Notes: generated by a model not told the origin, from the sequence alone. A DNA stretch of 64,000 nt from Lepidodermella squamata (GCA_047495785.1 JBLDXI010000012.1:62001-126000), one strand, 5' to 3'. Numbered from the stretch's first letter, positions 1 to 13,085 are shown. Translations and numbers: made by a program.

Positions 1-279
1 CCAGCGTGTCTACTTAAATGAGGATTTATGCATGGCTCAACAACTTTTTTAGATATAAATCGAGGCTAGGCTATATTGTGACTTGAATGAAACACGACGG
101 GATCAAGTGATTGATAATGTGTCATATAATTGCCATATAGGTCCACTCACTCGCATGATTAAATATCGCGGCAATGGGGTTTCGTCGTGTGCCCGGATGC
201 ATGTTCATTATTACAATATATTGTCCATGCACAAGTGCCTAGGGCTTTGCCGTTATTATTGCCAGCGATGTGATGTCTT

Positions 280-1235
280 TCTTTTTTGGTCGGGAGCACG
301 TATTTTATGAAAACGAAAAGCAGCGGAGTGGCTGTGATGACGCGGAGACGCGCATATTCAGCCGCGCTCGACCACCTCCGCGATGAATACAACCCACTTT
401 TCCGCTGGTTATTGCAAGGTCCGCTCTTCGCACTTCCGGTGTCGTCTTATTAGGATGCGCATACCACGCCATTTCCTGCTATTTCACTAGACTTATCAAT
501 CTCAGTTGATTCTTTGATATAAGAAACTCTGAGTTAAACTTATTTTGGCTCTACCGAGACGAGAACGCCACAAAACGATCTGAGAACCTGCCGAGTAGTT
601 TCGGCAACGTGGTGATAGGGAAAGTTAGCTTTGATATTTGATCGCTATAACAAGTGAGAATTGGGATTTTGCAAAATTTTAGACATCTTGATGAGATTTC
701 GATGTCACTTTAAAGATCAATTAACGACGAGTCGAGCGATATAAAAAATGGGTTGATGCTGGTCATCTGGGTTGCAGAGCAAATGGGCTTCAAAGCTTAG
801 ACGCGAAAAAAGTTAATATATTGGGCTGAAGGTCGAATATCCATCGATGTCCACCAATGGTTGTAATCCGGAATCCAGAATCATCAAATCCGGATAATGA
901 AAAATGCGCGCTTTAGAACCTTATTTTATTGCATCAATTAAAATAATAATCCCCCACTCAATAAATTCTGATGTTATGCACAGTCGAAATTTTTCAGGTT
1001 AATCTGAGGTGAGGAATTTCGTTTTGGATATTCGAAAACTTTGTTGAAACAACCTGGTGTAAGGAATGAAAGCTGATTTTCGGCTGAAACGGTTAGAAGT
1101 GAAATTAGACCTGAAGATCGATAGCCCAGCCTAATTCGGGATCGGAGCACATCGAGAAGCTTCATTTAGCTTGGAAACTGGAGTAAGCCTGGAATAAATA
1201 AAGGACATGTGAGCTTTGACAGCGCCTCATCCAAT
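280..1235 (-). pseudogene. Frameshifted relic of a third Cys-loop channel paralog (M2 and M4 exons)
   Basis: Reverse strand 1235-1110 reads approximately IDE.AVKAHMSF...AYSSFQ...IDLQ|gt. Reverse strand 405-290 reads EKWVVFIAEVVER/LNM/VITATPLLFVFIK in three frames. Both match the M2 and M4 segments of the two intact neighbours. Stops and frameshifts are present, and a dispersed repeat lies between the two pieces. Confidence 0.75.
630..1040 (+). repeat. Degenerate dispersed repeat, copy 1 of 3
   Basis: Shared blocks (GAGTCGA.CGATAT, GTTGC.GAG..AATGGG, TTTATTGCATCAATTAA, AATCTGA.GTGAGGAATT) recur at about 31500-31790 (+) and 53280-53600 (-). Confidence 0.7.
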
Positions 1236-1375
1236 CTAGAATCTGAATCTCATCCCTGAAACACTGATTTTTTACCCGAATTTTCGATGGATAAATACGT
1301 CATTTATTTTCTGATTGGCAAACATAATTTTCGGAATCTGACAAAAAACTAGACTACGAAAAGCAGACGGAAATG

Positions 1376-3233
1376 TTAGTCACGAGTAAGGACTTTATGA
1401 CCTGTCCGCATTGTAAACAAAACTGCCGGCGTGATGCTAATAGCTGCGATGTAGACACACATGTTGAAGCGCTCGACGACCTCGGCAATAAATATCCACT
1501 GGGCCGATACGTACTCTGGGTCGTTCGAATTAGGATGCTCGTCATCTTTGACAGAGGCCGAATCACCATTATTGCTTTCCGAGGCGCTGTCACCCCGCCG
1601 ATTCGCGAACAAATCAGGGCGAATTTGAAAAATTTCTTGCAAAGCGCTGGAGACAGGGATTCGCTCCGTAGTTTTCGTCGTATCAAATTCGACGATAAAA
1701 ACCTTCCCAACAGCTAGGAAAAACTTGAAAATCTTCCCATTCGGCTTTGAAATCTGAAAATTACCGATTTAGCTGGTGGATAAATGTAAATTGGGAAGAA
1801 CTTACGTTGTACTTTACCCGAGCTTTTCGAACCAGATAGAAAATGATTGTTTCCCCTAAAAGGGCTATGACACCAATGTAGCCCATTTGCAGGTCGATGT
1901 ACAGGGTAAGAAGGGGTACATCTTCGCCAGATCGAGGAATGTCAGGCAAAATCATTCCCTGGAAAAAAAGTAAGGTTACGAAAGCCACTTTAAGGTGGAA
2001 CTCACCTGGAAAACCGAGTAAGCCAGCAAACAAGTGAATGAGATATGAACCTTCACCACCTCATCAATCTGAAGAGAATTGCTAATAAAATTGCTCTTGA
2101 AATGTCTAGAAATGTCTTACCGGGAGGAAAAAAGTCGTAATTTCTACAACGCTAATAATAATGCTCGGTAGGATGACATTGGCGTAGAAAAACATTGGTT
2201 GACGTTCGAGCAGCATTTTAAAAATTAGCTGAAAATAAATTTTGAAATTTCATTTTCTCAAATAGATGTTCCGATTACGATGTCGTAAAAAGCATCGCCG
2301 TAGTCATATCGAATATGATAGCTGACATTGGTGACTAACGTCCAGTGGCGATGGTTAGTCCAAATATTGCGTACAACGTCGAATCCATTAGAATAAAGAC
2401 CCAGCGTCATTTGGGTGCTCGGATGGGTCCAGCTTTCCATTCTTATCTCACAAACCTGAATGAACAAATTCAATCATTTCCTTTTAAGCAGGATTTGGCT
2501 AATACCTACCTGTTGATCGAATGGGAAGTCGGAAAGGTCCATTTCGCAAGTTACCGAGATCGAACCCTCAGGAAATGCTGTCACGGACCCGTTCATATGA
2601 ACAACAGCTTTAAGACTTGTTGAAGAAAATAACGAATAGCCGTCGCTCCTGGAAAAATTCTTTGAGAAAATTTCGTGAAAATTGCCTTAAAATTTATACG
2701 GAGAATTGCTGATGATAACATCAGGCATCCATATTTTCTCCAGTGGAATGACAATTTCCTGACTACAGCTATCAGGAAGTGAATCGCTCCACCTTAAGAA
2801 GTCATCGTTCCATATCTATATAAAGATTAGGTACCAGTAACAAAGGCAATTTAGTCTTACAATTGTGAAATATCCGCTCAAAATCAGCGTGTTTTCCCGT
2901 TCAACCTAATAATTAATGTTTTGTGAAAAATGAAGAAATTATGCAAATTAGGCTTACAAAATCCCGAATGTTGTACAATTTAAGGAGGACCAGGACGTCG
3001 ATCGGATTGGTTGGCTTGAGGATAGGACGAACTTCTCTGACATAGCCATGCATGATTTTTTCGTAAATCATCTTATCAGTGATGCCTGAATAATAGAGCA
3101 ACAGCTTATTTGCCAAAATATTTCTGTTCAACCAACTAGAATTGCAGTCCTTTTTGGGGTTGACACTGAATTTTCCGGCGCTGGCTACAACTGATACAAC
3201 TTTCCCCGCAAGTAGCAGAAATAGTAAAAGCAT
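1376..3233 (-). CDS. Cys-loop ligand-gated ion channel subunit (divergent nAChR/5-HT3-like, non-alpha), multi-exon
   Basis: Signal peptide; VRP; IWMPD; Cys-loop CEMDLSDFPFDQQ|VC; M1 PMFFYANVILPS; M2 KVHISFTCLLAYSVFQ; M3; M4 WIFIAEVVER. Short GT-AG introns. No vicinal CC in loop C. Confidence 0.9.
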
Positions 3234-3518
3234 TTCTATGTTAAGAAATGTTTTGGATGGAATACCGGATGAAGCTGAAAATTAGTCCTGGAATAAAATT
3301 AATGCCGATATTTAAATCAATTGAGTGTCGCTGTTTGCTCAAGGCAAACAAATCCCACCTAAATCAGCGGTTCTTAATTTTCTCACCTGGATAGTCAAAC
3401 AAACAGTTATAAGTATGCATAGCTATTTTTATTTTCACCAATACAGGACAAATTTACAACGACTTTCCGATTATAGAATTCATTGATTTCTTCAATCGAT
3501 TTTATAAGGGTGGGCCGT

Positions 3519-5381
3519 TCACAGGGTTTTATCAGGGTCTTTAATATTGGCCATGATAATAGGCGTGATGAAGACTGCCGTTAGATACAGGCACATGTTA
3601 AGACGCTCGACTACTTCAGCCATAAAATTCCACTTCTCCCGATTTATTTCAAGATGGCGATGATGCCGGCCGAGATTCAGAGTCGAATCGATATCGCCAC
3701 CATTACTGGGACTGTCTGCTGCTTCGTTCGTCCGAGATTTCGAGGCACTGGTGATAACTATTTCAGGAGGGGACACTTTTGCACGCCTGGAAGAACTGAT
3801 TACAGCTGCTTCAGGCGCATCGAATTCAACCATCATCAACCGACCGGCCCAAAGCATAATCTTGAAAAACGTTTCATTCGGTATTTTCACCTAGAAATTG
3901 AATATTATTTCGGTAAAATTCGGGTTTTGTGCACTATTACTTGGTGGATTGTTCGAGAGCGTCGGACAAAGGTGAAAACGATGCATTCCATCAGAAGAGC
4001 AATCAATCCAATGTAAGCCATCTAAAAGGCATTATTTCTCCAGTAATCGAATAGATTGAAAATTTCCTCACCTGTAAATTTATGTAGATGATAAGGATCG
4101 GAATGTCTGAACCAGCTTTCGGTAGATCAGGGAGAATCATCGCCTAAAACACGGAAATTTCGGAAAAAAATGAATCTAATGAAATGATTGAAGACCTGAA
4201 ACAGAGAATAAGCCAAAAGGCAGGTGAAGGAGATGTGAATTTTCACGACGTCATGAACCTGAAAGTTAACTAGGTCATGACCTTGGATTTCATTTTCCAG
4301 CCGAAAGGTTACCGGTAGGAAGAAGGTAACCATTTCTACGATGCTGATAACCGCGCTTGGTATGATAACATGGACGTAGAAAAACATTGGATGCCTTTGA
4401 AGCAGCATATTAAAGGACAGCTTTACATGAAAAAATTCGAAAAAATTGATGAATTTTAAATAAAATCATACAATGTCGTAGGTTCCATCGCCGTAGTTTA
4501 AACGGCTGAAACTAGTTGAATATTTCTCGATCGCCCAGTAGTTATTTTCCGTCCAATCGTTGCCTTCGATCATTGCGAAGCCATCTTCGAAAAATGACAG
4601 TGATAACTGATGCGATTTTAAGGTGGAACTCTCCAGCCGAATCGAACAAATCTTGGAAAAAATTCAATATTTTTCGCTTACATTTTTTCAGAATATTTTA
4701 TGAAACCTGTTGATCTACTGGAAAGTTCCTTAGGTCCATCTCACACGTGACCGATATCGCACCCTCGGGGAAGAATGTTACCAAACCAGTTCTGGCAATC
4801 GAAACCTTCAAAGCTTCCTGGTTGAAAATTTCAGCGCCCATGTCTCTGGATTAAATTGAATAAAAAATCTTTTATGGGTGGAAATTTAATTACGGTGAAT
4901 TGCTGATTATCATATCAGGCCTCCAGACTTGAGTCATAGGAACGACAATGATGCGTTGACAGCTGTTCGGCAATTTGTCCTCCCATCGCAGGTGCTTATC
5001 GACCCATCGCTGATATTTAGCCACATGTTAAAATCAAATCCTTAATCCTTACCAGGAAAAAGCCTCACCAATGTGAAGTAACCATGCACTTCTAACAAGC
5101 TGATTCTTTCAATCTTAAGGGAAGAAATTGAAAGCGATGAAAGCTGAACCCTGAATTCTTACGAATGCGCGAATTCCGTAAAGCTTTAAAATGACAGTTG
5201 CGTTTAAATTATCGAACTGATTGTCCATAGGTGGTACATCCTTTTCGTAGTCCCTCATAATAGTTTCGTAGATGTCTTTGTCGCTAATGCTAGTGTTACA
5301 GCTTGAAGTAAAATTGACCGAAAAACATGGCTGAAACGTTAACAGAAAAAGCCAACAAAATTTCCAGGATAATCGAGACAT
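3519..5381 (-). CDS. Cys-loop ligand-gated ion channel subunit, tandem paralog of 1376-3233, multi-exon
   Basis: Signal peptide; VWRPD; Cys-loop CEMDLRNFPVDQQ|IC; M2 KIHISFTCLLAYSLFQ; M4 WNFMAEVVER. Most intron positions are shared with the neighbour. Confidence 0.9.
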
Positions 5382-5609
5382 TTTTCCAATTAAATCGTTG
5401 GTTTGAGAGACGACTTACACCCTGTCAAATTATTCATAAGAGGCTTTCGGTAAATAAACCTTGAGAGGCGCTCTCACTGATAAACTGAAGAGTTTTCAAC
5501 AAGTTGGCATTTTATTAAATCAATATATAAGATTCTCGATATAAAAAAGCAGGACCTTGCCAGGTCTTTCAGATATCACGGGTACGAAATCCAGTACTCC
5601 ATCCAGTTT

Positions 5610-8600
5610 TCACATCTTCCAAGATCTATACTGGTGCTGCGGGACGTGTTTGATGTTACTAAATTGAAAAAGAATATGTGAAAAAATTAAAAAATTGAAA
5701 AAGAAATTTACTCGATAATTCCGTCCATTTTAGCCCGATTTTGGACATATTTGGCAAGACCCCATGCAGCGCCAGCTAAGGCCAAAGCTCCGAGCAAAGA
5801 GCCAACAATTGCTCCAATTTCTGAAAAATAATTCCTGAAAAATCCGCCCTAATTAAAAATCTAAAAATTACGCTCAGGCGAGAGAAGATCTCCCTCAGCA
5901 GCAACAGTCGTAGCTCGATCTGGATCATCGGGCCTAGTCGTCCTCGGCTTCGGAGTAGTTGTGGACGATGTCGAGGTGTACCCGATGATGACTGTCAACG
6001 TACCCGTTGTCGTATAGTACCCATTCGAGCAAAACACCGCGACGTAGTAGTAAGGCTGAGCGTTATAAGAGAACTGGGCGTTAGCTGTTGTAGTAATAAC
6101 CCCGGTTGTCGGACTAATCGCGAAGTTGCCCCGCCCACTGCCGGGCAGTACATCCATGTCGTAGGTCAGCCCACGACCGTCAGGGTCCGTGCATTTCGTG
6201 CTGAACAAACTGCCACCCGTTATTCCGGTTTGAGTCTCCCTAACATTTGTCAAACTCGGTAAGTTCGTTATAATAGGAACGGATGGGTCGTCGATGATGC
6301 TGACGGTCAAGGTGAAGGTAGATTTGATGTTCAATTGATCAACCATAGTGCATATGATCGTGTAAACTGGGGCGGTTTGGTAGTTGAACTTCGGATTGTC
6401 CACATTTTTTATTACTGAAAAAAATTCAAAGAAAATTTAAAAAAAATCAAAATTTCAGTTTTTTTAATTTTTTTTTAAATTTTAACGTGACAGAAAATAG
6501 TTTTAAATTTTTCAAAAATGTTACTAAATAAAACCAAGTTTAAATTAAATTTCAAAATTAAATTTCAAAATTTCAAAAACTTGAAATTTTAATTTTAATT
6601 CAATTTTTTTATTAAATTTGAATTTCTTCAGGCTCTATAATAAAACTTACGTCCTTTCACGACTTGGAATTTGTCGTAGGCGGCTGGTTGGATATCAGTC
6701 AAGGCATAATTGATCACAAGCGAACTATTGTCCTTCGCCCTAAGATCCCATAAAGTTAAGCTGGTTGTCGTATTTTCATGAATCGTAACCGTCGCTGTAG
6801 TTTGATTGACCCAAGGCCCACCCGCTATCGGGATAATATTGATGATAACCTGCCCAGTTATTGTCGGGTCAATTGTATTGTGAGCCGTGAAAACCACAGA
6901 GTAAGACGGCTGCAGACCGTAGGCGAATTGCGGGTTGTTGTAATAGCCGACGGTTTTTGTCGCCGAGTTGTAGTAAATCTTACTACTCCCAGATCCAGGC
7001 GTTATGCCAACGTAATTAATCGTAACAGGGAATGGGACATTATTCGGATCTATCGCTCCAACAGTCATCAAATCCGTCGGTCCGAAGTACACGTCCTCCC
7101 TAACGTTGATGATAGTTGGCAACGAGGTCCATTGCGCGGGCTTGTAGACGCGATCGATTATGACTGTTAGGGTGATGGTCGAGGTTGGGACAGTTTTTTG
7201 ATCGGAGACCTCGACGCATATTTCATATTGCGAATACAAAGTCCAATTAAACATGGGCTTAGTTGTTGCAAAAGACGAGTTGTACTCCAATACTATAATT
7301 ATATCGAAAATCAATGAATTAATTACGAAATATTTCATCAACCCACCATTGTTGGCACTACTCAATCGAAAAGCGCTGTTCTTAATCGGGCGGTAGTCAA
7401 CTATGGTGTAGTAGCATTGATCGCTTTCACGGTCATAACAGGCAAATGTCCAAATGAAACCCTGGCCGGTCGCATCTTCGCGAATGTGAGTCGGAACAGT
7501 CAAACCAGGCGGGGCTGGGCTCGTGAAGACTGGCGCGGTTTGATTCCTGGCTATTTGAACCACCAAGGTATTCGACGAAGTTTGCGACGTTAGAGAGTAA
7601 CCCGCTGGCGGGTAGTCGATTACGCAGAAGACCAAGGTATAAGTCGGCTGGGTGACGTAGTTGAACGTATTCGGGAACGCCAAATTTGTTTTAATTACTA
7701 AAATTTCAAATTTCGTGAGAATTTAATAATTGGAAGGATTTATCAAACTCACTGCCAAGAATAGGATCGACGTAAAATTCATTTGTAGGGCTGTAATACG
7801 ACGAGGCGCAAGTTCCTAATGCCGTATTTTTGAAAAATATTTGCCGGTTGTCATTTTCTCGATCTGCTGTGGATAGCGTCCAGATCGTGATGTAGCCAGT
7901 GATAGCTTCAGAAATCCAAGTCATATTCTTAAGGGGAGAAATTGAAATTTTAAAACAAAAATATAGAAAACCCATCGACGGAACCAACTTATTTGTTGGC
8001 TCAACTAACGCCAGAAAATGAAATGAACTTTCAATTAATTAATAAAAAAATTAGGGCGGGTTAGGAATTCTTTGAAAATTAGGAAAATGTTTAACGATTT
8101 TGAAATAATTAGGGCTTGACACGTGGACACCCTAAATTTAGGGTTCCAGAACTAGGCCATTCCCAAAATATGGGCTTTCGAGGTTTAGAGTTCTCTAGAG
8201 TCAACATATTTCATCCCAATTTTACACATATTATTTTGCACTATTATCCGGAATTTTATGAGTTTTACTTCAGTCTGCAGAGCCGGTATCGATTTCACAA
8301 ATCAGTGATTTTTTCGATATCAGAATTATTGGAAACAAATTAATAGTAAAAGTTTAAAAAAAAATCGCAAAGGCCAAAACCCGAGACAAAGGATGCTCAA
8401 CTTCAGTGCTGAAGCCTCGATATTCAGGCCAAAAACCATTCATAGCTTCTATTAATTTTCTAAATTTGGTTCCGCTGAAATTGAATCTCAATAAAGGCTG
8501 ATGACTCACTGGAAGATTTGTGAAATAGGGTGCCGAATTGACTCGCTGAATGTAGATAATCACAGTGGCACTGACAGTGTGCTCGGGCGTGTAAGCGACC

Positions 8601-11600
8601 ACAGTTTGATAGATTGTAGGACATAGCGTGCTGTTAAACATCGGCAGGCGGCCTCGATTAGGATTCGCCGAAATCGCTAACAAAAATCATTGCTATCATT
8701 CAGGTCACCTTAAATAAATTCTATTTACTCGCTGACGCTGAGGCAGAAGCGACGGTCGATGATTGGGCCGTAATTTCCCACATGGAGTTATTAGCCGCGA
8801 AGCTTTGCTCGGTTAGGACGAACGTTAAGGCAGGCCAGCCGACTTCCTTAGTAGCTGTCACGGCAAAAGTCCACGCAGTTGCAGTTTCCGGGATAATTTG
8901 GTACTGAAAAATCAAAATTTCTTAATTTCCTATAATAAAATCAGCATTCATCTTACAGCTGGTGCGACTAGGATTGGTGGATCCTCGCAGTCCAATATAC
9001 TAACGGTCATGGTAAAAGTCGGCGGTACCATTACTGATAATGGGTCGGCGACTACGACAGTCAGGGTGTAAGTCGGCCGAGTCGTCCAATCGAAGGGCCA
9101 TTGGATGGTTGGCTTCAGCCATTGCCGCATTGAATCGTAACAAATCGCTGAATTCATCTATAAGATCTACCTTAATTCAATCGAAAAATCACTCACCACT
9201 TCCTGTCATGTAAAAAGCGGCATGAGTCGCCGGTGACATTCCGGTGTAAGTGTAAGTGAATAGCTTGTTCCCATTCGGACTCGTTACCCCAGTTATGTTG
9301 TAGACACATTGACTGTCAGACACATTTTCGCGAATGAAAACAGTGGTAGAGACTGGAGATAGGATTGGTTGGTAGATTCTCTGAATAATATTGACTATCA
9401 GCGATGTCTGATAAAAAAAATCAATTAGGTACATCGAATCATCGGACATAATCATACTGAAATTGTGTAGATATCAGGATTTGTCGCGACTTTATTCGTA
9501 AACCATAGGGTTATGTTGTACTGGGGTGTCTTGGCATAGCTCAGAGTAGTCGCGACAACGTTAACGTCCAAAGCAAGGCCTGAACATTGGATGTTACTCG
9601 GCGGGGCGGGATTGCACGTGCCAGCGCCTTGTTGAATGAAGTAAAGAAAACCGGTACCAGGATTGACCGGCGGGCTGATACTAATAACCTTCCAGCTGAT
9701 CGTATTAGTCGCAATGTAATTCGGCACATAGGTTTGCATTCGAAATATTTGCGTCACGCCTGTTGTGCCTTCGATAACAGAAATCGTGGAGGGTAAATTG
9801 ACCCAAATAGGGACATCTGGGGTGTTTCGAATGTTGATGGTATAGGTCGCCGATGAAACAAGCCCGCCGCCGTCTGTTGCTGTGACTACTATTCGGAGAT
9901 TAGGCGAGGCCGCGCCTTGGTTGTACCACCAGATGTAGGAGAAGATATCGAGACACATTGCTTTATTCAGGCCGCAGCGGTTAACGTCGAAGCGAAGCAT
10001 CGAGCCGTTGTTCGTTTGACCGACAAAGCTCCATTGGTCGAAGTAGAAAGCCGATGGTATGACACTAATCCAACCAGTGCTAGTCTGACCTTCAACTTTC
10101 TGGAAAAATCTTGATAAATTTCCTGAAAATAAAAAATTCGAAATTTTTACCATAACGTTGAGGACAAAAGTTTTGAAAGTTGTGTTGAAAATGTCCGGGT
10201 CGAAAACTGAAACGTCGGAAACACCGCCGTAGAAATCAGATGAGCTGCCGTCGTATTGGTAAATGTTGACAGTTTGGCCTGGATTTCGAAAAATTGGCCA
10301 TTCGTCTGATCGAGAATTTAAATCATTTTCTCTCATTGTATTTAATCAACAATGGCTTACTGCAGTCTAGAACATGGAGGGTTAGGTTGACTAACGCCCT
10401 GCTGTTGCAAGAACCGCAGCCAATTGTTCGAATTTGCGTTCGTATCTGGTACGTGAAATTCGTCGCCGATGTCAGTTCGTAATCAAGAACACCGTTAGGG
10501 TTGCTGGCCATCAGCGCGACTTTGAAAATTTCGAATAAAAAATGGATAAATGGATTATGTTCTTCGGAAAACGGAATCAATTTTCGAAATTCTTCAGTAT
10601 TTAGGGTTTTCATAAAATTTTGTAAGGGCTAAGTTTGAGGATCCAGCCTTAGATTTCTCCACATTTTGTCTTTTCGAATTTTACCTCTTAAAAATGAATT
10701 TTTCTTTAATTGGAAAATTAACCAAGCCTAACGCATAACCAATATCTAGATTCAATTGTATTTCGGGGCTACATTACATCAGTTCAGGATCAGTTTACAA
10801 GCCGAAATTTTTTCGGATTATTTTAATCGTCTCGGAAGCCAACATTGAAAATTTGTTTACATACTTGAAAGGGGCCAGGTAGCTAAAATGAAACCTCATT
10901 ATCTATCAAGAAAAGGCAAGATTCAGATTTCAAATCACAAATTTAGCTGGGGCCTCAATTTAAGTGTTTTAAATAATATTTCAATTTAATTTGTAATCTC
11001 GGAAATTTGCTTTCATTAAAGAAATTCTGATAGCATACATTGGCAAACCGTTGGAGTTAGCATCTGGCCATTAGGATAGCCACACCAGCCGTTTTGGCTG
11101 CATTGATCGCAAGTTCCGGTTCCGGTCCAGACGCCGAACCCCAGATTACCGCAGCCGCAGCAGTGCGAACAGCCGAAACAAGGATCGTAGCAACAATTCC
11201 ACCACCACGGGTCCGTCACTCGGCTAAAATAACACGGCTTTCCTCCTTAACATTTCGACTATAGTTCTAAAAGAATTTTACCATGAACAGTTACAAGCGC
11301 CACAAGCACCGCAACCACCTGCGTTATCGCATGAATTGTAAGTCGTGACGTCGAAAACATTAGCCTGGGGTCCAGCTGGGACTACAGTCCTGGAAATAGG
11401 GTTAAAATAATGGACTAAGGCCACCAATGAATTTTTTAGGAAATCAACCTGCATGTGGCTGTGTTGACCCAAATTTGCCACGGGTTCAACATGTAGCCGT
11501 AACCTTTGATTGAAACATTGTAGACAGCGAGGAAAAGCGACGAATTTTGGCATTCGTAAATAAACGACTCGCGTGTTATCGGCTCCTCAAAATTCATCTC

Positions 11601-11882
11601 AGTCCACGTTAGATTCAGGTTAGGCTCTGATATAATCGGGTTGTAAGGAACACGCCCAGCTTCTGGACACCCTGACGGCGGGACGCAGGGCCCGAAAAGC
11701 GTGTCGCCGCCGAAATTATTGCGACACACGCCATTTTTACCTGGCCCGGGCGCCAGGCAGCCAACGCCGCCTCCACTGCCGTTGTTGCCAGCACAACTGC
11801 AACCTTGGCCGGAGATTTCGTGAAGAATCAGCAGATTCGCGAAAAGTAACAGAAAAAACAGGCCGCCATACTTGGGAAACAT
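5610..11882 (-). CDS. Atypical single-pass cadherin-superfamily protein (about 10 cadherin repeats, Cys-rich N-terminus, short tail), multi-exon
   Basis: Signal peptide at 11882. Repeated xRE/LDYE/F.Y...P.Y.L...V.D and V.I.D...P.F cadherin motifs. Thr-rich stalk, then TM IGAIVGSLLGALALAGAAWGLA (about 5820-5755). The spliced tail ends ...QYRSWKM* at 5610. Confidence 0.85.
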
Positions 11883-12088
11883 TTTCTCTAGCTATAAATG
11901 AATGAATGACGATATCGTAGAAAAATTCAGCGTTTCTATAGCTGTCGACGTTGATGCACCCACACAGTAGCAGTAGGCGTGGGTCATTTTTGCACATTTT
12001 ATTCACTAAAATTCAAAGGCTATTCAAAGTTACGTCAATGGTATAGAACTTAGAAAAGCTATTCAAACGCCATTTTATCGTTATTTTT

Positions 12089-12376
12089 CTAGGCCGAGCG
12101 AACTTTGTAAGGACGCCCGTTGATGAATCGAATTCGAGGCGTTTCCGCATCGACATCGCTCCGTTTGTCGTCGGAGAATAGGTCAGAGTTCAACATATAA
12201 GAGTGAACATCGTCATCAGCGTCGACTTCTCGGTTGTAGTTTCGCTTGTAGTCCGTGAACAAATCATCGGCGTTGAGCATGTAGCCGTGAACGTCGTCTT
12301 CGGCATCGACTGGCCGCGGGTCGGCTCGAACTACAACGGCAAACATGATGAGCCCAATAATCATTGCGCTGTTCAT
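12089..12376 (-). CDS. Small secreted peptide precursor with a duplicated DDVHxYMLN...KR unit and C-terminal IRFINGRPYK
   Basis: Intronless ORF, aaaATG start, signal peptide, two KR sites. Confidence 0.85.
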   Translation of the reverse strand: MNSAMIIGLIMFAVVVRADPRPVDAEDDVHGYMLNADDLFTDYKRNYNREVDADDDVHSYMLNSDLFSDDKRSDVDAETPRIRFINGRPYKVRSA

Positions 12377-12860
12377 TTTCTGGTTCAAAAAATTCTGTAT
12401 AATCAGGAAAAATTTGACTGGCTTCTATGTGTCCCTGTCGCGTTTTTAATGTGATAATTAGAAAATTCTCACACGTGAGTAATAACAGTAATTAAAAACG
12501 GCTCGTGATGACCTACAAAAAAATGGCGATGAGGCAGTAAACAGCACGCTTTTTTGTTTGAAAATTGAATCAATAATCCACTTAGGAATACCTTTTAGCA
12601 TCTACCTGGAGTGCATCAGTGCGACGCGCCAAATCGAATTTTACACGCCTCGATGAGTGTTCATACGTTTTTTTGCTTTATTAGCACATTTTCCGTCCCT
12701 GAATCACACTAAATCGTTCCGAATTCTGTCGAAATGGGTTTAATAATTTATCAAATTCTAGCAATATTTCTAAAAATCAATATTGATCTTTATCTAAAAA
12801 ATAATCGTAAGCTTTTAGCTTCGAAACATAACAGAAATGAAATTTGTTAATGTGAAATTG

Positions 12861-13085
12861 TCATTCGATCATCCAGGCCGGGTAGTGCCATTGAAAACTG
12901 CGACGACCACCGTTGTTCACAGAATTAAGCATGAGAGCGACAGGTTCCTCCGCAATTTTGTGATGAGCGGCTGTCTTTCGTTGCTGGGCCATTAATCGGT
13001 TCGCTTGCGTTGGGTTCATGAGACTCATTAACACGACCAGGATTGCGAAAATACTGATAACGGCAACCTTTACGGTAAACGGCAT
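12861..13085 (-). CDS. Small secreted peptide precursor, YPAW subfamily
   Basis: Signal peptide; ALMLNS; GRR; ends WHYPAWMIE. Confidence 0.85.
   Translation of the reverse strand: MPFTVKVAVISIFAILVVLMSLMNPTQANRLMAQQRKTAAHHKIAEEPVALMLNSVNNGGRRSFQWHYPAWMIE

Noticed and set aside
1354-1717. Overlapping ORFs 1354-1710(-) and 1373-1717(+)
   Set aside because: Alternative frames over the channel's last exon; the M4-containing frame ends at 1376.
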